DNA of 32,000 nucleotides from Mycobacterium tuberculosis H37Rv (GTDB lineage Bacteria; Actinomycetota; Actinomycetes; Mycobacteriales; Mycobacteriaceae): NCBI RefSeq assembly GCF_000195955.2, contig NC_000962.3, positions 3,540,001 to 3,572,000 of the forward strand, read 5' to 3'. Shown piece by piece: positions 7,618 to 14,645 of this stretch (position 1 is its first letter; each line of letters starts with the position of its first letter). The notes under the pieces were generated by a model. It saw only the letters and a program-made list of their open reading frames with translations, ran no database searches and was not told where the DNA came from. The position numbers and the translations under genes were made by a program.

Positions 7618-8907
7618 GTGGTGCATGATGAGGCTGGTCACGAGCTGATCGAGCGGCACATGCTCGAACAGTTGCGCGAGGTTGCGGAGTACACCCGTGT
7701 CGTGCTGATCAATGGTCCACGGCAGGCTGGTAAGACGACGCTGCTCCAACAATTGCACGCCGAGCTAGGCGGATGGCTGCGTTCGTTGGATGTTGACGTC
7801 GAACGCGCGTCGGCGCGAGCCGATCCCGAGGGGTACATCATGTCCGCGCCGCGCCCGACGTTCTTGGACGAGGTCCAGTGCGCCGGGGATCCGTTGATCC
7901 TGGCGATCAAGACGGCAACCGATCGTGACCGCCGGCCCAGACAGTTCTTCCTGTCGGGGTCGACCCGATTCCTGACGGTGCCGACGCTGTCGGAATCACT
8001 GGCCGGACGGGTTGCGATCCTCGACCTCTGGCCGCTGTCTGTCGCTGAACGATCGGGTGTCCGGCCGGAGATCATTGCGCAACTGTTCACTGAACCCCAA
8101 GTGGTCCTGGGCACGGAGCCCGCCCCGGTCACGCGACATGAGTATCTGCAGCTGGCCTGCGCGGGTGGCTTTCCGGAAGTTGTGCAGCGCCCGGCGGGTC
8201 GCGCCCGCAGCCGGTGGTTCTCGGACTATCTGCGCACGGTGACGCAGCGCGACGTGCGCGAGCTGAAGCGGATCGAGCAGACGGATCGCCTGCCGCGGTT
8301 CATGCGCTACCTGGCCGCTATCACCGCGCAGGAGCTGAACGTGGCCGAAGCGGCGCGGGTCATCGGGGTCGACGCGGGGACGATCCGTTCGGATCTGGCG
8401 TTGTTCGAGACGGTCTATCTGGTACATCGCCTGCCCGCCTGGTCGCGGAATCTGACCGCGAAGATCAAGAAGCGGTCAAAGATCCACGTCGTCGACAGTG
8501 GCTTCGCGGCCTGGTTGCGCGGGCAAAGCGCCGACTCCCTGGCCAGGCCAACCGCGGAGGGCGCGGGCCCGATCATGGAAACGTTCGTGATCAACGAGCT
8601 GATGAAGCTACGTGCGGCGACCGAACTCGAGGTTGACCTGTATCACTTTCGCGATCGAGACGGACGGGAGATCGACTGCATTCTTCAGACCCCAGACAGT
8701 CGCGTCGTCGGTGTCGAGGTCAAAGCCTCGGCGACAGTGAACGTCCATGATTTCCGACACTTGTCATTCGCGCGTGACCGACTCGGCGACGAATTCATCA
8801 CCGGAGTTCTCTTCTACACTGGTGCCCGGGCTTTGCCGTTCGGCGACCGGTTGATGGCTCTACCCATCAATCTCCTCTGGAACGGACAATCCGTCTCCAG
8901 CCTGTAG
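7618..8907 (+). CDS. AAA-type ATPase of the COG1373 / DUF4143 kind with a nuclease-like C-terminus
   Basis: Walker A is INGPRQAGKTTLL. The C-terminus GREIDCILQTPDSRVVGVEVKAS is a D..E.K (PD-(D/E)xK-like) motif. GTG 7618 gives 429 aa. The track ORF from 7423 reads through the non-triplet 22-bp repeats. Confidence 0.75.
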   Translation: MVHDEAGHELIERHMLEQLREVAEYTRVVLINGPRQAGKTTLLQQLHAELGGWLRSLDVDVERASARADPEGYIMSAPRPTFLDEVQCAGDPLILAIKTATDRDRRPRQFFLSGSTRFLTVPTLSESLAGRVAILDLWPLSVAERSGVRPEIIAQLFTEPQVVLGTEPAPVTRHEYLQLACAGGFPEVVQRPAGRARSRWFSDYLRTVTQRDVRELKRIEQTDRLPRFMRYLAAITAQELNVAEAARVIGVDAGTIRSDLALFETVYLVHRLPAWSRNLTAKIKKRSKIHVVDSGFAAWLRGQSADSLARPTAEGAGPIMETFVINELMKLRAATELEVDLYHFRDRDGREIDCILQTPDSRVVGVEVKASATVNVHDFRHLSFARDRLGDEFITGVLFYTGARALPFGDRLMALPINLLWNGQSVSSL

Positions 8908-9019
8908 GCGCATACCGATCGCCATATTTCAAGAGCAGGTTGGAGCTTCTGCCCCCAATCATCGTGCGGCAACGATGGGCGGCTCTAGCGCTAGTCGACG
9001 CGCTATTCAACCAGCTCAC

Positions 9020-9149
9020 ACCGAGCTCCCGCGCGGCCACATACCCGCGACCGTGTGATGCAAGCACCCCACCAGCTCCGCGCATCACGCAACGAACCGG
9101 TCAAATCGTAGGCTTCCAAAATCTCCATGATCTCCTCGGCAGACTTCAC
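9020..9149 (-). pseudogene. decayed N-terminal HTH stub of a transposase gene
   Basis: Minus strand from GTG 9149 reads VKSAEEIMEILEAYDLTGSLRDA. Two frame changes later it continues AELVGCLHHTVA and then YVAARELG. This resembles the N-terminal HTH of actinobacterial transposases (IS21/IstA-like from memory, unverified). No catalytic domain follows. Confidence 0.35.
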
Positions 9150-9253
9150 GTCACCCCTTTTCGGGAGCTGAACAACCGACGCGGAGCCGTCGGCCGCGGA
9201 TGCCCTGGGGCGGCGGTCCCCAAACCCGATATGGCTAACGTCAAGCGGTCGGA

Positions 9254-9688
9254 TCACGGGTCGAGTTGGGCGGGGGCGACTCGGCACCCGGCGGCATGGG
9301 CTCCGGTGTGCAGGCGTCGGTCCCAAACGGCGACTACCAGGCCGGGGTCGCCGACTGCCAATGCGCTGGCCAGATGAACGGCGTCGGCTCCGCGTAAGGC
9401 ATGTGCTCGGGCGAGGTGGCCGGCGTGCTGTTCAACCGTCGCGGTGAGTTCGACTGGGCGGGTGGCGGCCCAGAAGTCCTCCCAGTCACGCTCGGCGTCG
9501 GCGAGCTCGGATTCGGTTAGGTCGTGATTGCGGGCCGCTGCAGCGAGTGCGGCGCGGACTTCGGGGTAGGCCAGGCGGCTGGACAATGCGGCGTCGCAGC
9601 CGTCCCATAGAGCGGACGCCAGCGAGCTCCCTGTCTCGGTGGTGAGAAGTTTGACGAAGGCGCTGGCGTCGAAGTAGACGAGCGGCAC
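9254..9688 (-). CDS. vapC49: PIN-domain VapC toxin
   Basis: 144 aa. The sequence VPLVYFDASAFVKLL...GADAVHLASA has the acidic PIN residues. GTG 9688 lies 2 nt after the upstream antitoxin stop. Confidence 0.85.
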   Translation of the reverse strand: MPLVYFDASAFVKLLTTETGSSLASALWDGCDAALSSRLAYPEVRAALAAAARNHDLTESELADAERDWEDFWAATRPVELTATVEQHAGHLARAHALRGADAVHLASALAVGDPGLVVAVWDRRLHTGAHAAGCRVAPAQLDP

Positions 9689-9690
9689 GG

Positions 9691-9990
9691 TCAGCGCCGC
9701 TGGTCGCTGACCCGGTCAGACACCGGCCGCTGCGGTCGGGGCCTGGGCCGTCCCGCGGCTACGGGCCGCTGCGCGGTCGCCTTGCCAATCACGCCTTCGG
9801 CCGTGAGACGCTCCAAGGTGTCTGTGCTGTCCAGCGCAGCGAGTCGTGCGATCGGAATCCCACGTTCGGTGATGACGACCTCGCCACCGGCCCGAGCTCG
9901 ATCGAGCCAATCGCTGAGGTGCGCGCGCAACTCGGTCACGGATACATCCACACTTTGAACTGTACACTCACTGAACCGTGATTTGTACAT
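9691..9990 (-). CDS. vapB49: Phd/YefM-type VapB antitoxin (start uncertain)
   Basis: The antitoxin fold begins at VDVSVTELRAHLSDWLDRARAGGEVVITERGIPIARL. The stop is fixed at 9691. Candidate starts are GTG 9951 (86 aa, possibly leaderless), ATG 9990, and ATG 10143/10158 (the longest ORFs, whose first ~55 aa look non-protein-like). Confidence 0.7.
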   Translation of the reverse strand: MYKSRFSECTVQSVDVSVTELRAHLSDWLDRARAGGEVVITERGIPIARLAALDSTDTLERLTAEGVIGKATAQRPVAAGRPRPRPQRPVSDRVSDQRR

Positions 9991-10341
9991 ATCACTCTGC
10001 GTGCGGCAACGACGACGTGAGAGATTGACCTGCGCAAGCCGGAGGCGAGGTGGCAACGGCCGGTACACCGATTCGTCCGCGGTGCTGGCGACGCCGAAAC
10101 GGTCGATGTCGTGGTGACTGGTCACCTTCCGTCCAAGCTGCATCCGAAGGTGTTGCAACGGAAGGTGTTTGCCGTCCGCGCTGGGCCTTCGGCGCAGCTG
10201 GCATTTGTGGTCAGCTGCATGGCGACGGCAGCGCCTCGGTGGTGAACGCCGGGTTTAGCTTGCAGCGGCCGAGCAGGCTGCCTCGTTCCTGCTCGGTGAC
10301 AGTTGGCCCGACGATGACCGCGCACCGCCGCCACCACGAGA

Positions 10342-10361
10342 TATAACCTAGAGGTTATACT
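10342..10361 (+). promoter_or_regulatory. perfect 7-bp inverted repeat overlapping a -10-like box upstream of the HigBA-type operon
   Basis: TATAACC-taga-GGTTATA spans 10342-10359. TATACT at 10356-10361 lies 12 nt before TTG 10374. Confidence 0.5.
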
Positions 10362-10373
10362 GGTGCGGAAGCG

Positions 10374-10718
10374 TTGGCCGTGATCCTGCTCCCGCAGGTC
10401 GAACGGTGGTTCTTCGCGCTCAACAGGGATGCGATGGCCTCGGTCACCGGCGCCATCGACCTGCTCGAAATGGAGGGGCCGACGTTGGGCCGCCCGGTGG
10501 TCGACAAAGTGAACGACTCAACGTTTCACAACATGAAGGAGCTGCGCCCCGCCGGCACCAGCATCCGGATCCTGTTCGCCTTCGACCCGGCCCGGCAGGC
10601 GATCCTGCTGCTGGGCGGTGACAAGGCAGGCAACTGGAAACGCTGGTACGACAACAACATTCCAATCGCTGACCAGCGCTCCGAGAACTGGCTGGCGAGC
10701 GAGCACGGAGGTGGATGA
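10374..10718 (+). CDS. HigB/RelE-superfamily (Gp49-like) toxin
   Basis: 114 aa with a RelE/ParE-like core, ...MKELRPAGTSIRILFAFDPARQAILLLGGDKAGNWKRWY. It overlaps the downstream HTH gene by 4 nt (ATGA). I recall this pair being called HigBA3. Confidence 0.8.
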   Translation: MAVILLPQVERWFFALNRDAMASVTGAIDLLEMEGPTLGRPVVDKVNDSTFHNMKELRPAGTSIRILFAFDPARQAILLLGGDKAGNWKRWYDNNIPIADQRSENWLASEHGGG

Positions 10719-11044
10719 CCATGGCCCGCAACTGGCGTGACATTCGCGCCGATGCCGTCGCGCAGGGCCGCGTGGATCTGCAGCGGGCCGCCGTGGCACG
10801 CGAGGAGATGCGCGATGCCGTCCTGGCGCACCGCCTGGCCGAGATCCGCAAGGCGCTAGGCCACGCACGTCAGGCCGACGTCGCGGCGCTGATGGGGGTC
10901 TCTCAGGCCCGTGTCTCCAAGCTGGAGAGCGGCGACCTGTCCCACACCGAACTCGGCACCCTGCAGGCCTACGTTGCCGCCCTGGGCGGGCACCTGCGCA
11001 TCGTCGCTGAGTTCGGCGAAAATACTGTCGAGCTGACCGCCTGA
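10715..11044 (+). CDS. XRE-family HTH antitoxin (HigA type)
   Basis: 109 aa with the HTH QADVAALMGVSQARVSKLESG. The toxin-first gene order is typical of HigBA modules. Confidence 0.8.
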   Translation: MTMARNWRDIRADAVAQGRVDLQRAAVAREEMRDAVLAHRLAEIRKALGHARQADVAALMGVSQARVSKLESGDLSHTELGTLQAYVAALGGHLRIVAEFGENTVELTA

Positions 11045-11174
11045 GCTAACTCACGCCCACACTTCCGGCCGGTCTCGATCTCCCAAGCCCCAGCACAGCT
11101 CGTGTTCCCAATCTGTTCCCAACCAGATCCTTAGCTATGCGCATGTTCCCAAAAGTGTTCCCGCCCATGAAAAC

Positions 11175-11200
11175 GGCCCCCGGAGTCTCCTCCGAGGGCC
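11175..11200 (-). terminator. orphan intrinsic-terminator hairpin next to the tRNA 3'-half repeat
   Basis: GGCCCCCGGAG-tctc-CTCCGAGGGCC. The single mismatch becomes a G.U pair only on the minus-strand RNA. A U-run follows on that strand (aaaa 11171-11173 region). It sits where a tRNA terminator would sit relative to repeat 11209-11229. Confidence 0.4.
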
Positions 11201-11208
11201 ATTTCGCC

Positions 11209-11229
11209 GGTAGCGGGGACAGGATTCGA
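11209..11229 (-). repeat. left part of the 45-bp duplicate of the tRNA-Met 3' half (att-like), cut by IS6110
   Basis: ggtagcggggacaggattcga is identical to 19368-19388. Confidence 0.9.
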
Positions 11230-11280
11230 TGAACCGCCCCGGCATGTCCGGAGACTCCAGTTCTTGGAAAGGATGGGGTC

Positions 11281-11607
11281 ATGTCAGGTGGTTCATCGAG
11301 GAGGTACCCGCCGGAGCTGCGTGAGCGGGCGGTGCGGATGGTCGCAGAGATCCGCGGTCAGCACGATTCGGAGTGGGCAGCGATCAGTGAGGTCGCCCGT
11401 CTACTTGGTGTTGGCTGCGCGGAGACGGTGCGTAAGTGGGTGCGCCAGGCGCAGGTCGATGCCGGCGCACGGCCCGGGACCACGACCGAAGAATCCGCTG
11501 AGCTGAAGCGCTTGCGGCGGGACAACGCCGAATTGCGAAGGGCGAACGCGATTTTAAAGACCGCGTCGGCTTTCTTCGCGGCCGAGCTCGACCGGCCAGC
11601 ACGCTAA
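11281..11607 (+). CDS. IS6110 transposase OrfA (HTH)
   Basis: 108-aa ORF, MSGGSSRRYPPELRERAVRMV. The slippery TTTTAAAG at 11552-11559 lies near its 3' end. Confidence 0.95.
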   Translation: MSGGSSRRYPPELRERAVRMVAEIRGQHDSEWAAISEVARLLGVGCAETVRKWVRQAQVDAGARPGTTTEESAELKRLRRDNAELRRANAILKTASAFFAAELDRPAR

Positions 11608-12542
11608 TTACCCGGTTCATCGCCGATCATCAGGGCCACCGCGAGGGCCCCGATGGTTTGCGGTGGGGTGTCGAGTCGATCTGCACACAGCTGACCGAGC
11701 TGGGTGTGCCGATCGCCCCATCGACCTACTACGACCACATCAACCGGGAGCCCAGCCGCCGCGAGCTGCGCGATGGCGAACTCAAGGAGCACATCAGCCG
11801 CGTCCACGCCGCCAACTACGGTGTTTACGGTGCCCGCAAAGTGTGGCTAACCCTGAACCGTGAGGGCATCGAGGTGGCCAGATGCACCGTCGAACGGCTG
11901 ATGACCAAACTCGGCCTGTCCGGGACCACCCGCGGCAAAGCCCGCAGGACCACGATCGCTGATCCGGCCACAGCCCGTCCCGCCGATCTCGTCCAGCGCC
12001 GCTTCGGACCACCAGCACCTAACCGGCTGTGGGTAGCAGACCTCACCTATGTGTCGACCTGGGCAGGGTTCGCCTACGTGGCCTTTGTCACCGACGCCTA
12101 CGCTCGCAGGATCCTGGGCTGGCGGGTCGCTTCCACGATGGCCACCTCCATGGTCCTCGACGCGATCGAGCAAGCCATCTGGACCCGCCAACAAGAAGGC
12201 GTACTCGACCTGAAAGACGTTATCCACCATACGGATAGGGGATCTCAGTACACATCGATCCGGTTCAGCGAGCGGCTCGCCGAGGCAGGCATCCAACCGT
12301 CGGTCGGAGCGGTCGGAAGCTCCTATGACAATGCACTAGCCGAGACGATCAACGGCCTATACAAGACCGAGCTGATCAAACCCGGCAAGCCCTGGCGGTC
12401 CATCGAGGATGTCGAGTTGGCCACCGCGCGCTGGGTCGACTGGTTCAACCATCGCCGCCTCTACCAGTACTGCGGCGACGTCCCGCCGGTCGAACTCGAG
12501 GCTGCCTACTACGCTCAACGCCAGAGACCAGCCGCCGGCTGA
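11556..12542 (+). CDS. IS6110 transposase OrfB (DDE/rve), made as an OrfAB fusion by -1 frameshifting
   Basis: The -1 frame is open from about 11556 to 12542. It has an rve-type core (HHTDRGSQYTS...YDNALAE). IS3-family programmed frameshifting is established knowledge. Confidence 0.9.
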   Translation, partial: KDRVGFLRGRARPASTLITRFIADHQGHREGPDGLRWGVESICTQLTELGVPIAPSTYYDHINREPSRRELRDGELKEHISRVHAANYGVYGARKVWLTLNREGIEVARCTVERLMTKLGLSGTTRGKARRTTIADPATARPADLVQRRFGPPAPNRLWVADLTYVSTWAGFAYVAFVTDAYARRILGWRVASTMATSMVLDAIEQAIWTRQQEGVLDLKDVIHHTDRGSQYTSIRFSERLAEAGIQPSVGAVGSSYDNALAETINGLYKTELIKPGKPWRSIEDVELATARWVDWFNHRRLYQYCGDVPPVELEAAYYAQRQRPAAG

Positions 12543-12587
12543 GGTCTCAGATCAGAGAGTCTCCGGACTCACCGGGGCGGTTCACGA

Positions 12588-12611
12588 ACCTGCGACCTCT
12601 GGGTTATGAGC
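12588..12611 (-). repeat. right part of the 45-bp duplicate of the tRNA-Met 3' half
   Basis: acctgcgacctctgggttatgagc is identical to 19389-19412. Identity stops at 12611/12612. Confidence 0.9.
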
Positions 12612-12763
12612 TAACCAGTCGCAATCTCTCCCATCGCGGTCGGTCTCATACGTCCAGATCAGCCTCTATTCCGCCGTCCAGCCTGTTCCGCCGCGTCGCG
12701 GTTGTACGGATTTGAACCGCCCCGGCATGTCCGGAGACTCCAGTTCTTGGAAAGGATGGGGTC

Positions 12764-13090
12764 ATGTCAGGTGGTTCATCGAGGAGGTACCCGCCGGAGC
12801 TGCGTGAGCGGGCGGTGCGGATGGTCGCAGAGATCCGCGGTCAGCACGATTCGGAGTGGGCAGCGATCAGTGAGGTCGCCCGTCTACTTGGTGTTGGCTG
12901 CGCGGAGACGGTGCGTAAGTGGGTGCGCCAGGCGCAGGTCGATGCCGGCGCACGGCCCGGGACCACGACCGAAGAATCCGCTGAGCTGAAGCGCTTGCGG
13001 CGGGACAACGCCGAATTGCGAAGGGCGAACGCGATTTTAAAGACCGCGTCGGCTTTCTTCGCGGCCGAGCTCGACCGGCCAGCACGCTAA
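12764..13090 (+). CDS. IS6110 transposase OrfA (copy 2)
   Basis: The 108-aa ORF translation is identical to that of 11281..11607. Confidence 0.95.
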   Translation: MSGGSSRRYPPELRERAVRMVAEIRGQHDSEWAAISEVARLLGVGCAETVRKWVRQAQVDAGARPGTTTEESAELKRLRRDNAELRRANAILKTASAFFAAELDRPAR

Positions 13091-14025
13091 TTACCCGGTT
13101 CATCGCCGATCATCAGGGCCACCGCGAGGGCCCCGATGGTTTGCGGTGGGGTGTCGAGTCGATCTGCACACAGCTGACCGAGCTGGGTGTGCCGATCGCC
13201 CCATCGACCTACTACGACCACATCAACCGGGAGCCCAGCCGCCGCGAGCTGCGCGATGGCGAACTCAAGGAGCACATCAGCCGCGTCCACGCCGCCAACT
13301 ACGGTGTTTACGGTGCCCGCAAAGTGTGGCTAACCCTGAACCGTGAGGGCATCGAGGTGGCCAGATGCACCGTCGAACGGCTGATGACCAAACTCGGCCT
13401 GTCCGGGACCACCCGCGGCAAAGCCCGCAGGACCACGATCGCTGATCCGGCCACAGCCCGTCCCGCCGATCTCGTCCAGCGCCGCTTCGGACCACCAGCA
13501 CCTAACCGGCTGTGGGTAGCAGACCTCACCTATGTGTCGACCTGGGCAGGGTTCGCCTACGTGGCCTTTGTCACCGACGCCTACGCTCGCAGGATCCTGG
13601 GCTGGCGGGTCGCTTCCACGATGGCCACCTCCATGGTCCTCGACGCGATCGAGCAAGCCATCTGGACCCGCCAACAAGAAGGCGTACTCGACCTGAAAGA
13701 CGTTATCCACCATACGGATAGGGGATCTCAGTACACATCGATCCGGTTCAGCGAGCGGCTCGCCGAGGCAGGCATCCAACCGTCGGTCGGAGCGGTCGGA
13801 AGCTCCTATGACAATGCACTAGCCGAGACGATCAACGGCCTATACAAGACCGAGCTGATCAAACCCGGCAAGCCCTGGCGGTCCATCGAGGATGTCGAGT
13901 TGGCCACCGCGCGCTGGGTCGACTGGTTCAACCATCGCCGCCTCTACCAGTACTGCGGCGACGTCCCGCCGGTCGAACTCGAGGCTGCCTACTACGCTCA
14001 ACGCCAGAGACCAGCCGCCGGCTGA
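13039..14025 (+). CDS. IS6110 transposase OrfB (copy 2)
   Basis: Protein identical to the OrfB of copy 1, with the same 1483-bp offset. Confidence 0.9.
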   Translation, partial: KDRVGFLRGRARPASTLITRFIADHQGHREGPDGLRWGVESICTQLTELGVPIAPSTYYDHINREPSRRELRDGELKEHISRVHAANYGVYGARKVWLTLNREGIEVARCTVERLMTKLGLSGTTRGKARRTTIADPATARPADLVQRRFGPPAPNRLWVADLTYVSTWAGFAYVAFVTDAYARRILGWRVASTMATSMVLDAIEQAIWTRQQEGVLDLKDVIHHTDRGSQYTSIRFSERLAEAGIQPSVGAVGSSYDNALAETINGLYKTELIKPGKPWRSIEDVELATARWVDWFNHRRLYQYCGDVPPVELEAAYYAQRQRPAAG

Positions 14026-14297
14026 GGTCTCAGATCAGAGAGTCTCCGGACTCACCGGGGCGGTTCAATTCGTTTCGGCCTGTTCTGTTCCCAAATCCGT
14101 TCCCAACACAGCAATCAGCAGCAATCCCAGGCCGAAATCGGTCAGACTCTTGGTGGACCTACAGCACCTCGCCTCCATGTGGTCGCGGAGCTAGTGAGGG
14201 TCCATCGGCAGCACCACTTAGGGCGCCTCCGTTGTCATCATGGTCGATAAGCGGTAGCGTTTACGGTAGTAGAACCGGAAGTTGCGGAGGAACCACG

Positions 14298-14645
14298 ATG
14301 GCGGTCACCCTGGACCGGGCGGTCGAGGCCAGCGAGATCGTCGATGCCCTGAAACCCTTCGGCGTCACCCAGGTCGACGTCGCCGCGGTCATACAGGTGT
14401 CCGATCGGGCGGTACGCGGGTGGCGGACCGGCGACATCCGCCCTGAGCGGTACGACCGGCTGGCGCAGCTTCGTGACCTCGTCCTCCTGCTCTCGGATTC
14501 GCTTACCCCCCGAGGTGTCGGCCAGTGGCTGCACGCCAAAAACCGGCTCCTCGACGGGCAGCGCCCGGTTGACCTGCTCGCCAAGGATCGCTACGAGGAT
14601 GTGCGAAGCGCGGCGGAGTCATTTATCGACGGCGCCTACGTGTGA
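14298..14645 (+). CDS. Xre-like / DUF2384-type antitoxin of a RES-Xre module
   Basis: ATG 14298 follows GGAGGA (14285-14290), giving 115 aa. The C-terminal motif WLHAKNRLLDGQRPVDLL...ESFIDGAY is typical of RES-partner antitoxins. It overlaps the next gene by 4 nt (GTGA). Confidence 0.8.
   Translation: MAVTLDRAVEASEIVDALKPFGVTQVDVAAVIQVSDRAVRGWRTGDIRPERYDRLAQLRDLVLLLSDSLTPRGVGQWLHAKNRLLDGQRPVDLLAKDRYEDVRSAAESFIDGAYV

Larger units (their letters stand above)
11230..12584 (+). mobile_element. IS6110 (IS3 family), copy 1, 1355 bp
   Basis: Terminal 28-bp imperfect IRs are TGAACCGCCCCGGCATGTCCGGAGACTC and GAGTCTCCGGACTCACCGGGGCGGTTCA. A 3-bp target duplication, CGA, lies at 11227-11229 and 12585-12587. 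Confidence 0.97.
12713..14067 (+). mobile_element. IS6110, copy 2, 1355 bp, same orientation as copy 1
   Basis: Every ORF-track protein of copy 1 recurs unchanged with a constant 1483-bp offset. It has its own 3-bp target duplication, ATT (12710-12712 and 14068-14070). Confidence 0.97.

Noticed and set aside
11046..11282. A 78-aa minus-strand ORF upstream of IS6110 copy 1.
   Set aside because: It crosses the IS6110 inverted repeat, the tRNA-half repeat and the orphan terminator, so it cannot be an ancestral gene. Its sequence is not protein-like.
12612..12645. Whether the sequence beyond the 45-bp repeat encodes the 5' half of a second complete tRNA-Met.
   Set aside because: Reverse-complemented, it reads ...cgcgatgggagagattgcgactggttag before the CUCAUAA loop. 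It cannot form the anticodon-stem 5' strand (CUGGG is needed), a D-arm or an acceptor stem. The copy is therefore only a 3' half.
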